NCBI GenBank assembly: GCA_036172245.1
Contig: JAYWIR010000029.1
Coordinates: 1,674,001-1,738,000, forward strand
Length of the DNA: 64,000 nucleotides
Direction: 5' to 3'
Origin: Raillietiella orientalis
Taxonomy: Eukaryota
Both the position numbers and the translations under genes were made by a program. Positions 25,446 to 38,446 of the stretch are shown one piece after another (positions within the stretch are counted from its first letter, which is position 1; each line of letters begins with the position of its first letter). Below the pieces are notes generated by a model. The model did not search any database, was not told where the DNA came from, and saw only the letters and a list, made by a program, of their open reading frames with translations.

Positions 25446-26669
25446 TCAGACTTCCATGACCAGGGATGCAGCAGCATAACTCACTGAAGAATCATTCATC
25501 GACTTGCACTGACTTGATTGTGCATAGTTCAGAAACCTGAACTTCATCCCACGGGTACTTCCATCCTGAAGGGCATTGAGAGCCTAAAATTCAATCAAAC
25601 ATGCATTTAACGTAAAAGCATGGTTGCGAAGACTCACTTGCAGCAACACTGCAATGGGATGCCTGCCACAAATAGTGTTGCCATACTTTGCTAAATAGGC
25701 ACTGAATTGTCCAGGAGACATCTTTTCAATAGCATCCATCCCCTGCAAAAACAAGTATAATTCTACTCAACAAAACCCAAAAATTACCAACTGATCTAAC
25801 TTGCAAATGCTTTGATGAATTTCACCCCAGCCTTTATCATAGTATGTATATTGGAAGTGTTGACCCCAATGACAAAAATCAGAAGAAACAATGATCAGAT
25901 TTTCTGGATCATTCAAAAAAGGAGACAGAATATTTCCATAGAGTTTCTCAGCATCCCCATCCAGTGCACCCACAAGGATAGGTACAATTGTGAAATCTGT
26001 CCGCCTATAAGGAAAGTCTACATACTTTACAGCCATGATGGTTAATCCCCTCCTTACTGACCTGTCCATTATTTTAGCAATATAGGGGAGCTGCATCTCT
26101 ATACTGTGCTCTTTTTCATCAGTTGCTAAACTCATGTGATCAAATTTGTCTGTATCAGCCAGCTGGTGATACACTGTAATGCAATGGATATGAGAAATAG
26201 AAAAATTGCAATTACACTCTTACCCTGCTGGTCAATAATGAGATCATAAAAAGGTGTTTTGTATCTCACTGCTGATGAAAGAGCACATCCAGCTAGACGG
26301 AAATAGTGAGAAGGTCCAAGAATAAAGAGTCTTTTTCTGAAATCATAAGTACATTCAAGCTTATGGAAGAATGAGAAACTTACACATGATTCGCATTGAT
26401 TTGTTTATATGCATATGCTGCACACTTCCCACAATACCGATATCCTGCATGGCTATGGCATCAAAATATCATATGAATTCAAAAAGCATATTCTTACGGG
26501 GAAATTATGGCACGTGCTGGTCCATGACAAATATTCACATTATTAAGCCATCCAGAGAGCTGTTGATCAAGTTCTTTGACTATACAAATTTGAAAAAAAA
26601 AAAGTTATATTAATTGTTACCTGAATCAGAGTACCAACTACCACAATGACTTGCTTTTCTGACAGCCAT
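25446..26669 (-). CDS. MEMO1: Protein MEMO1 (mediator of cell motility 1), 8 exons
   Basis: [65 protein letters not shown]. Exons: 26669-26621, 26579-26498, 26452-26384, 26336-26224, 26173-26062, 26004-25788, 25742-25638, 25583-25446. Confidence 0.95.
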
Positions 26670-29600
26670 GTGATTCTAAGTGATCGTTCAAGATTCTTCT
26701 AAACCATCTGCAAACATCTTACAAAGTTTCAATAAGAGCACATAACTGTTGATTAAACAAAAAACAAAAAACGGCAAAATCTGGGAAAATATTAGGCTGA
26801 AATTCTTATGGAAATAAATTCCTTTAAGAAAACCTAATTTTTCGGGATGTTGCGCAGTAATTCTTAAGTTTGAAGCGATTTCATACGGAAAATTCTCCTT
26901 ATCACAAAACTGAATTGGCTTTTAATCTAATGTGGGATATAATCAAGAGACACTCAGTTCACTCACACAGAATTTGTGATTCATTCAGTGATCATTGCAT
27001 CTCAATTCATCCGAATCTATTCATTCAGATACACTGTTTGATAATTTATTTAATGTATACGTATTCCCTATCATTTTTCCACCACAGAGAGCGGCATGTA
27101 GATTGTGCTAATTTGAACACAAAAATACTCCTAAGGCCTTGATACAATCCAGTCCATAACTACACAGACGAACCATTCAGCGAAGTTTCCAAATCGACAC
27201 TTTGGATTCCGAACAATTTTTTGAAACAAAAACACAATAAAACTGAATTCTACATTCAAGTTCCGAGAAATTCAAAGATTGCATGGAACGCTAAATTTTT
27301 TATTACACTAATTGCCTGTTGCCCTGATTTGTTATCAGTTTTAACTGATTTGGTACCAACGCCGAATGTCAATTGAAAGCTAAGCTTCCTAACAAGAAAT
27401 ATTTCCACCACCTCAAATCTTAAAACAAATCTGTTAGTTTTGAAGTCAAAACTTAAGTACTTAAATATTCTGGGGACCGTGGGGCTCGTATCTAACAAAA
27501 AAATGTTCAATGACATTTGGAGACTATCCATTACGAAATCATCTTTACTCTTTAATCCCTACTTTCATTTGTTTTCTTTATTTGGCGATATTTTGCATCT
27601 TCGCTTGCGAGGTACCAGATCTATATTTTGAATTTGATGCATAAAAGCATTCTTGCTATAATATGCTAAGTTTGTATGATAACTTCATTTTTTTTATGAA
27701 TAATATCTTAATATCTTTCTGAAAGCATTTCTGTAGGGGAATCTGTAAGAAGCTCTATTCGATATCTCGACAGGTACTTACATTAACTTAAGCCATCAGA
27801 TCTGGTGAAGGACTGAGGGAATGAATCTAAGGCTAATTGGAAGTTCTCGATGTGCTCTCCAGAAAATTCAGTTTGTTGTTAGCCGTTTGTTTTATGCAAA
27901 CCCATCTTTTTTTTTTCCTTCCCACTTTACATGTAGAAACGTAAATAAGAAAATAATTGAGAAATCAATCAAATATCATGAAGATTGTGCCGAATCGTTC
28001 TCCTTTTGCGCAAAGCTTGAGTATAATATAATCTTATAGTCGTCACACTTCTGTGATAGCCGGCAACATTTTCATGGATGCCCATGATAGCTTTAAAAAA
28101 TACCTAAAAATGACTGTAAAGCGACATAGGAGTGTGCATTTGAACGAGTTTCATAGATAGGACACAGGTTCAGGATGCATACTTTATAATATGAAACTCA
28201 GTTGACATATTTATTGTGCAAAGAAGTGAATGTGTGGTTTCATAGGTGCATTTATATTACAAAAATTTCATAGGGGATGCTGCCATTGTCTAGCCAACTT
28301 GATTTGATTTCAATGCTTTTATGTCTAACACAGATTCCAGTTGTAACAGAAAGATTACGAAGAATATTCTCGAAGAATGTTTTCACATAACTAAGGAACC
28401 ACAGATTCTGCATGTAGTATAAATGCTTTTAATTAGACTTCAATAGGGTCGTTTTTTGAACGTGAAGTTAAACCTTGTTAGCTCTCTTTTCATAAAAGCT
28501 AGCTGTAAGCAGTTATACCACAGAAGAAAGGGTATGAAAACAGAAAATCATAAATTAAAAAAACTTATCCGATATGAAAAATTTTCTGTTGCTAATTAAA
28601 GCACCTAACTGAGTAATTCATTGCAGTACCACTTGCGTTTGCAAGTGCAATCCTAGCTGCAAACCTTGGATTCTTGTGCCCTGAATCTGACGGCTGCTTT
28701 CTGAGACAGTATTTAAGATCATTAGCCATGATATCAAACCACAGTTGTTGCAAAAGATCGCATCGTATATAGCAGGACTTTAGAGAACTAGCATACCAAT
28801 AAAATCCTAGAAAACTCGAGAAAACCCTTGAATCCCCTCGGCCCCATCGATTGAGCTTAAGACCACTGAACCCCAGAGCTCTAGTAAACAACCCTACGCT
28901 AAGCAGTTCTCTTCTAGCAAACGATTTCAAACGAGGATGACAATGCGACTTCTGGATATTTTTTTTAATGCTTTTCTTTTTATTCGAGCTTTTTAGTCAT
29001 TCAAAATCTAATCATATAAGAACGTCGTTCCTTATTTGTTATACAGTGCTTCATTGTTTACAAACCTGAAAAGTACTTCATTTGTGCTTATTACGAAATT
29101 TGGTAGGTATAACTCTTTAATCAATGGTCACATCAAACCAATAAGCGCAACTTATTGTTTTGATGACTGAGGAAGTTGATATAAGTTCTTTGTCTGCAAC
29201 CTATTGTTCACGTGTATCCAATTATGATCTGTGGAAAATGCCATTAAATAATCAATTGCTTTCAGATCTCCAAATATAAAGAGCTGGATTAAGCAGTTTT
29301 CTCTAATTATATAGATGACTGAAAAATGGAACTTGACTGAAAAATATAATGTTACAAAGTCTTCTTAAAAAAATATGAAAAAGCTGACTAGTTGATGTGA
29401 AGCTCTTATTTTCAAATTTTTCATTTTATCGTTGTTTAATTTAGTTTCTATGTTTGATAGCTTATGATTATCATGTAATAATGTTGATCAAATAGTAAAT
29501 CAGCTTTTAAAATGCATTTCTAGAGATAGATGTAGCTCTACACCTGCTATAACTCTCATTATAGAACATAATACTAAAACAATCTACATACTCTCTAAGG

Positions 29601-32329
29601 CGTATTCTCTAACATAAAAGATGCAATATCAGTATACATATGCCTTTAAGAAAACAACACACAATCAACTTTTCAAGCTTCCTGTAGCAATAATTTTTAA
29701 AAAACTCTTTCGAATTACATAATAATAATTAGTATAGGAGACTAAAAAAAAGTATACGTCGTAAAAAGCAAAAGGTTAATCTAGCTAATATTTCTGATTT
29801 ACAAAAAGATATCTTGTCGAAGACTGATTGGTGAATTTAGTGATTTTAGAAATGAATTTAGAAAAATCGGTTCTGTTTCTTCTTATATTGCATCACATAT
29901 TTACAGATTGTATATACTAGATTTATTGATACAATTCTTTTATGAGTATTTAAGCAAACTCGCATGGAGATTTTGCGGTTACTGCATTTATGTACTTGGA
30001 ATTATAACGTAAACGCGAATATTTGTTTTAGAAAACATTATCTTCTTAATTGTAGAAATGCTTCACGCGTTCATACTTCCGTTATTTCCTTTTCCGTATC
30101 CGTACGCGTGTGAGGTTGTGGTTTTACTTCTTGCCTCACTGTGGAGGCGATAGGGCGTGTGACTGCATGGGTGCAGTGAAAGTGTCAGAAGTATGTGAAA
30201 TCATTAGTGGTTATAAAAGAAATCAGTAGTTGGGTAATCAAAGGTGTGCTTTTCTTTATTTTCTAGATTTATGCTTTTCGAAGTTAAGCTGATTCTACAA
30301 ATCATATCACAGTTCACTACGAGACGTTACTTTAGTATTTTTTGGTGTTCAGCCCACCATATGAAGCAGCGTTGTGTTTTGGTTGATTGCCTCCATTTCT
30401 AGCATTTTAAAAAGAAAATGATAGCATTTGAAATTTGTCCTCGGAATGTGCTTTCACATTTGAATGGCAGATGAAACCGTAGCGAGAATTCGTGTTTCGC
30501 AATAAGGTAGTAGGATTAATCTTTATTTCCACGAAACTTGTTTTCCTTGCAGTATGTTCCTTGCAGTATGCGTGTTCTGGAGAGCAAATACCAATGAACA
30601 TGTTATTTTTATAATTGTATATAATCGTGGTCGCGATGTCCAGGAATGGCAAGAATGAGAAATACTTGTCTTTCTCGAGTACTTCCAAGAAGTTTGCAGA
30701 AATGATTTAACAGACAAGGTATTTTTTCTCATTTGTGATTTCTTACAATTATTAAAATGGCACTGCTACCTTCGTGTAGCGTTTTCTGTAACAGCACTAC
30801 ATGGTAGTTAGCTGTAATGAAGTGTCAAAGATTGTACTTGCCCAGATTTGGGCATGAGGCTTGCATATTCCATTGACATCTGTAGTCTCTATGAGGCAAT
30901 GATAAGAGGTCGAACCATGCAAAGCACAATTTATAACTTGAAGCACAATATAGTGTTGACTGATAACTTAATACAGCACTTGAACTGAATATTAAATTCG
31001 CAGCATTGTAGATGGAATTTTTAATATTTCTTCGTAATTTTCGTTAATAGAATTGGGATTGGAAAAAGAAACTGGAAACAGGATCACTAATGGGATTGAG
31101 TTGCCATCAAGTACTTTTCATATCAAGAAACTGGAAATTTCGATTGTTTACAGCAAAATGAAAATGTGTGCCGTTTTCTACTCTTTCATACCAAGAAAGG
31201 TGACTTTACTACATGCTTTCAGCTGTTTTGAACTTGCATTTGGTTTTTAGGCACCCATGAACAAAGCAATCACGTTTTTATAGAAATGGATGCATTGAGA
31301 AAGATTCATAATCATGAAATTGAGTTTTTTTTTTTTAAGGATTGAGTTGAGATCAATATATACATGTGATGAACTGGATTAAATCATTTTTAAAAATTGT
31401 GCCCTTGTATATTTGGTATCTGTCTTTGGGGTTCTTTCTGTTTTTGTCTTTTTCATTAAGGATTTAATCTCTTGCTTCATGGTGGTAAACAGCTGTGGAT
31501 GGATTCTATGTTGTACAGCAAATTTCATGTAGAAACCTTACCATTTTGTAAATCCAATGTGATTGATCATTGCAGGTGGTTCATAAGGTACATGAGCATT
31601 GAGTTAATGAAGCTCATGAAAATATCGAGTAGCATAGTGTATAACTGGGAGATTCATTAGAAAATCTAGAATTTTGTGGAGGTTGAGAGGAAGTCCACAA
31701 TCAAAGCTTACCTCAGTTCATTGTCATTGGATAAATGTGAAATATAAGCAGAAGTCCGTAAGCTTATATCGAGTAATATTCTGTGTGGGTGAAAGTGTTC
31801 AGTAGGGCCTTATTTTAGGTCACATGCATAGAGGTTGCACGGTAGGTTGCATTTTGGAAGGCTATGAGCTTTTGATAATGTTGCATTTTGTGCATTTCAA
31901 GAAGGTTTCATCAGTTCCTCCTAAATGAATTAGAAACATACTGCATGTTTCAGTGCAACAAGTATTTTTTCAGTGCAACGCCTACATGACGAAACAGCTT
32001 TGGCTATTGTGCCCAACTGCAAGTCAGCTTTTAATAGCTCAGAGTATTAATTGCGGTTCACAATCTGTGAGCAGCTGTCTGGATTCTTCTAACTCGATAA
32101 GTGTAGAATTGCCCATATGTAAGAATGCTTTAATTCGTACACGAAAAGCTTGGTTGGGAACAGTTTTGATTGGTAGCACTGAAACCTGAGTTGGTGTTTG
32201 CTAGTTTCACTTTACCCAATATTCTGCCCATGTAGCATAGAATGCTGCTGTGGTAATCTGTGCGTGCCCTGTCTAGGCAAAGGTGACACAGGACAGAGAA
32301 CTGGGACTCAGGGTGGAGCATAGAAACGG

Positions 32330-35000
32330 AGCACCTCCACCACCTCAGGACAAAGGAAAGATGGTGGAGAAAATTGGAATCGCCGAAGGACGAGCGGTAG
32401 AAAGGGTGGCCTCTTTCATGCCAACCACTGCGTCTGTGGCAACCACGGGGTAGGGCGTGATTCCTGGAATTGAAAACGAGGAGGGCCCTCCAAGTTTGGT
32501 CTTGAGGTGACCATCGTGACGCTTCCCATTGGTGTCCTCACGAACAACGCAGTGTGGGATTTTTATCTCGCCGTCCATTAACCCTCCGTAGGACTTTGAA
32601 GTCGCATACTAATATGTCGATATGTTATTGATATATTTAATTTTTTACCACATGATGGCATATACATCTTGTATAACGTCTCCTTGGTAACCAACAACAG
32701 TCTTGGTAACGGATATCAACTCTAGCTCGAGTTATGGAGGTAAATGCTTTCGCGAGTTGTCTATAGATAAAAGTTGTATGAACCATGCTGTGCAGTTGTT
32801 ATTACTTTTTGTCCTATTGGTGTTTCGATAAAGAAGGAAAAGCCTACACAACAGCTCTTGGTCTGTATGTCAGTAATCTCTTATTTGTTTGCATTGAAAT
32901 AATCATTTTGTTAATATTTTCACATGATATAGCTTTGTGACTTTCAAGTCAATGAGCTATAATGGTAGGATTAGGTGTATTTGCGGTAACGCCTGTTTTT
33001 TTTTAAGTTTTATATACTGAAGGCCTAACAATACCAAAGCATATAAAACAATAAACATAAAAATAAAACAGTAGTAAGAATAAGAAGCACTAGCGGTAAT
33101 AGATCCGTGGATTCTTTATGAGAGTCTGACTCGGACGAGGATCGGCCAATAATATTTATCCGACGACGTATAAATATAATTGATAATGACGATGAGTTCA
33201 GTGGTGAATCATCATCAGATGATGAAAATTTAGACTCACAAAAAATGGCAATCAATAGGCCTTCCGAAAAATAGTCTTCCTTGGAAAGGAAATTGTCCCG
33301 AAGATCCTGAAGCACTCTACTCTCCTGTGACCTATTTCCGAAAATTATTTGATGACGAAATCATAAGTAATATAGTTGACTATACCAATGCACATGGACT
33401 GCAACATGATCCAGGAAAACCCATAGGTGTTTCATCTAATGAAATAGAGCAGTTCTTTGGTTTTTTAACGTCAGTTTACGGGTTGTTTTCTGGAATTCCA
33501 TACTTGAGCTTTTATACGCACAAGTACGAACCTTATACACCGTTGTAACTCCAAAGTTACAAAGCATATTCGTTATAATAAAATCATTTAAACTACTGAT
33601 TTCATTATTAATTTGTGCATAGAGGTTGATATTTGTTAATTTCACGTCACATGAATTTTTTTTTGTAGCCTTAAAAAAAATTCGGACTATAGAGGGTTAA
33701 AAACCGATCGACTTCGCCCACATCAAGGCGATTATCTCGTTCGTAGGGGACTTCTGTACGGACTACCGCGGCACCATCGGCGACCTTGTCTAGAACGGAC
33801 TGCCCCTCAACCGGAGCATCTCGAATAACGTCAGACCACCGTCCACCTGTCTGGCATCGAAGTTCTGACGAACAGACTAGCAATATGGACCATTTCGGTA
33901 GAAACTGTGCCGCATCGGCGTGTTCTTCAGCCAGACAGTCATGAGAATACGCAAGGTCAAGGAACCAAGCTTCTCAACCTCTTGCATCTGGATCAGCTTT
34001 ACCAGAAAGTGGTGTACAAGGCATACAAGGAGCAGCCAGACTTCTGCAGAGGTTTCATGACCGCTCCTCCGATGGCACATGCCACAAGTGCGGCAAACCT
34101 GACCACGCGGTGGCGGTCTTCATGCAACCAAAGCCAAAGCGCTGCTTCTTTGAAGCGGACGGCTACGTGAGATATCACTGCCAATCTTATCGCGGGTGGT
34201 TGGAATTCCAAGGACAGACGCTTCCTGAACCCGTCTCAAGAGCAGCCTTCGCTCCTGTCCTTGCCATGGTCACGAGGCAAAAGCCAAAAGGGGAAAACCG
34301 AAAACCCCGGACAAGGATAGGAGTTGCACTGAGGACAGGCGAAAACGCGGATGCCCTGCACGTGACCCGGAGAACCCGACACGTCTACAGGACTACAGAA
34401 GGTGATCGAGACGAACCATCGCCCCATCAGCGAAGGAAGCTCAGCAGGCCATGCGGCAGCCCGTTGATCATCTGGAACAAATCCGGGAGCAGGTGCTCCC
34501 GAGAGACGAGAGGTTTCCTAGAGAAAGACGTATATAGCACTGTTCGTCCCGTGGTCCTGCTGGAGCAGAACAGGAAGCGGATGGATCAGTAGCCAGGAAC
34601 CTCCCCACTCGATACATTCTTACCTCCACACGCCTCGCTGATAGTAAAGTCAGCATGGCAGAATGTACTTCCAACGAAGACCCCAAACGACGCTGCCTGC
34701 AGAATCAGGACGAGGAGCGTGAAGAGGAAACTACAAAAAAAGGCAAGGCGTTTGCTGTGGTCCAGCGGAGGAAAGGGAAGGTAATTCTCACTACGCGAAC
34801 CACCATCAGAAAATATTAGGTGACTCAATTCCTGCCGTCTCTAGAGAAGATCATGGTGGTATCCTGGAATATCAACGGATACAGAAATCCGGCAAACTGG
34901 AGACAGAAGACGTGGTTCCTCAAGCACGAAGCCATCAGATACCTCCAAAAAACCCATGATTTGACCCCGTACATCGAGTCGGAGCTGACAACCACTGCAA
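32330..35000 (+). mobile_element. L1/Tx1-like LINE 5' portion (ORF1 and start of ORF2), split by a piggyBac insertion
   Basis: Removing 32582-33700 restores VWDFYLAVH*KPIDFAHIKAII, similar to VKDIYIGLYKRNVDFDVIQAIL of the 20.5-kb copy. Knuckle remnants QPDFC and CHKCGKPDH; APE start MVVSWNINGY...YLQKTH at about 34850-34960. Boundaries approximate. Confidence 0.75.
32582..33696 (+). mobile_element. Internally deleted piggyBac DNA transposon
   Basis: TTAA at 32578-32581 and 33697-33700; termini CCCT...AGGG with imperfect inverted repeats (CCCTCCGTAGGAC vs CCCTCTATAGTCC); acidic N-terminus and TPVTYFRKLFDDEIISNIVDYTN...EIEQFFG typical of piggyBac transposases; AT-rich block inside a GC-richer LINE. 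Confidence 0.85.
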
Positions 35001-35529
35001 CTCAGTGTGTTTTCATGCTTCTGAAAGTCAAAGGCAAAATTAAGAAAATTATTTATGTGAAGAATTAGCATTTCAGCATTAGGAAATGACTTCCATGAGA
35101 TGCAGAATTAAGCTGAGTTGCCAAGAATTACTGCATGGTCTCAGTTGATTTCTAAACGAAGTACGTTATTTAAAGGAAGTACGATGCTAGTCAGATCTTT
35201 AGTAAGTGCAAATTTTCAAAATGATAATTCGAATTAAAGAAAAGTTTTGCAAATGCTTGAATGAGCTGGAGTGCAACGAACTAGATAGAAAAAAGACCAT
35301 TAATACTCTGGTTATATTATGAGAATCCCAAAATATTCAGTATTTAATTTATTTTTTTCGTTTATATCTGGAGAGCACAGAATTCGTACAGCTGTGGTCT
35401 TGGAATTTACCGTGTAACTTTGAAACCCTGTTAAGCTGTAGTGGCGGAAACAGACCGCGATTTCTGCTTTGAAGAAAGGGTAATTAGTCTGAAAGAGAAT
35501 TTGAAGTTTTGTGTGCTGTAGAAAGTCGA

Positions 35530-35568
35530 ATCGCTTCTCGGCCTTTTGGTCAAGGTCGAAGTGTAGTA
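35530..35568 (+). pseudogene. 3'-truncated U2 snRNA fragment (first ~39 nt) flanked by direct repeats
   Basis: ATCGCTTCTCGGCCTTTTGG (20 nt matching the conserved U2 5' end), then TCAAGGTCGAA and GTGTAGTA (branch-point recognition region); no downstream U2 sequence; AGTCGA repeated at 35524-35529 and 35569-35574. Confidence 0.85.
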
Positions 35569-35996
35569 AGTCGAATTCCCGGAAGCCATAAAAGAAATTT
35601 CTTTCATTAAAAAACTGTGAATGTGACTGTTTATGCAGCTTGTATTCATCAGTATCGGTATCATATTTGAGGGATTTTTAGGAAATCACGAACAAAATCA
35701 TGAATCATTTGAGATGATAAAACAAAGAGTACTATAGAAAATAGCTTTAAGTAATTGAGAGCGCATAAGCATTCATTTTTCTAAATTATACCACTGTGCA
35801 GAATCCGAATTCACTTCGTACAGAATTTTTGGCTAAGCCTATGTGCATGAGTCTAGTAAATAACTGTGATCCTGGTTTACTGAATGTGAGCATTAAAAGA
35901 AGTGTGTATTATTAAAAAATATTGTATTATGGCATAATGGAAAGCTGTTACAATGTCATGTATTATTTATGCAGTGTCCATGATTCATTGACACAA

Positions 35997-36813
<817 letters not shown>

Positions 36814-36822
36814 TAGCTGAGT

Positions 36823-38446
36823 TTAGCCAGACCATCCAGAACTCCAAGTGGGACCCATGGCTCCTTGTTTGTATAAGCGAGAAGATGCTTTAGTAAATAC
36901 AGGCAGACATTCATTGGCAGCATCACTGAGAGCCTATACATGGAAATCCATTTACATTAAATTGTTTATGGTTTTTTGCTTACCCTTAGGTAGATAAAAA
37001 CATCCATTCCATATCCCTGGATAGGATTCACTACCAAGTTACCTTGAAAGTAGCGTGCATAAAGCCTTGATATTGGCAATCCATGGCCTAATCCAGCAAA
37101 GATAGTGCTCCCTGATGCTACTTGAGATGTCTGGGAAGCTGTTGTGTATAGATAATGAAAGAGCAACTCAGTCTGGTTACAGGCAATGCCACCACCATGG
37201 TCAGAGACCTGCAGTTTGCCATGAAAACTGAGGAGATGAATGCAATGACCTTGATTGTAATATCTTCTTTTCCTCTAACTACCAGCACTTTGATGGGAGG
37301 CAGATCTACAGAGTCAGTTCCATGCTTCTCCACTATAGCACGCTGCGCATTTTTAAATATTTCAAAAACAATATGGTACAAATGAGATGGCACATATACT
37401 ATATGTATTGGAGAATCTGGCTGCACAACTGATATTTCTTGTTTTGAAAAACTGTGGTTGTTTAGGCATGCTCACCATTTATCTGTTCCATGAGTAAATC
37501 TGCAGCATTTAGGTAATATTGATCACAGAGAAATCTAGAATCATCAAATGCATCACGAATCAACTGGACGACATTACATTCTGGATCAATGCAACCAATG
37601 TGGCGGGGTGCACATTTGGGATCCATACCAAAGAGCAAGGCTGCTAGATAATAAGCCATTCCTTTAACACTTCTACTCACTGTGCTGATTTATGAGCATA
37701 CGGATGGATATGCGGGACATGTAGAACCTATCCAAAAAGTACTGAATAGAAGTTTCCATGTGATCATTTACTGTATGATTCTCTTTCAGTTCTTTAATAC
37801 CCTGGGCCATTGTTGGTACCACATCCACATGGCGATTCCGTATGTCTAGTAAAACAGTACAAAACCTTGACCAACATCATTAGCAAAAAAATTTTTACAT
37901 AAGTCCCTCACTTGGACATCAAATCCTTGTCAATGTGTGCTACTTCCTCAAATTCAAGGATGTCATGAAAACTCTTGTAATACCAAGAGTGGACCAGTGA
38001 TACAGATGGAGTGTCCAATAGACTCTTGGGAAGCAACTGTATCTCTCTTAGAATATTTGCCAAGCGGACAGGTATTTCCTTTCGTAGAAACAGGAAAGAT
38101 GATCTCTCAGAGGCTGTTCTCCCTTTAGTTACAAAATAAAACCTGCATACATAATCAAACAGCAGTCTTTTTAAATGCATCAATGAACTTATATGCAACC
38201 CATACAGTAGGTTCATTGATACTTAGGTTGCTCTTCATCTGTCTTATTTCAATCAATAAACGACAAGCTATCTTATGTAAATAAGAAATTCCTCTAAAAA
38301 CTTTTCTTACCGAAATCAATAAATTGCTTGATTGACAGAGGCGAGGGTTGAAATTGTGAATAGAAATCTAGTACTTTATTTGGAACGGTGCAATAAAATC
38401 TGTTTGTTCTACATTTTAATAACTTCCAACTAAATATTTTCAACAT
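36823..38446 (-). CDS. PDK: Mitochondrial pyruvate dehydrogenase kinase, 7 exons
   Basis: [90 protein letters not shown]. Exons: 38446-38311, 38122-37912, 37865-37681, 37640-37476, 37428-37250, 37208-36984, 36933-36823. Confidence 0.95.
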
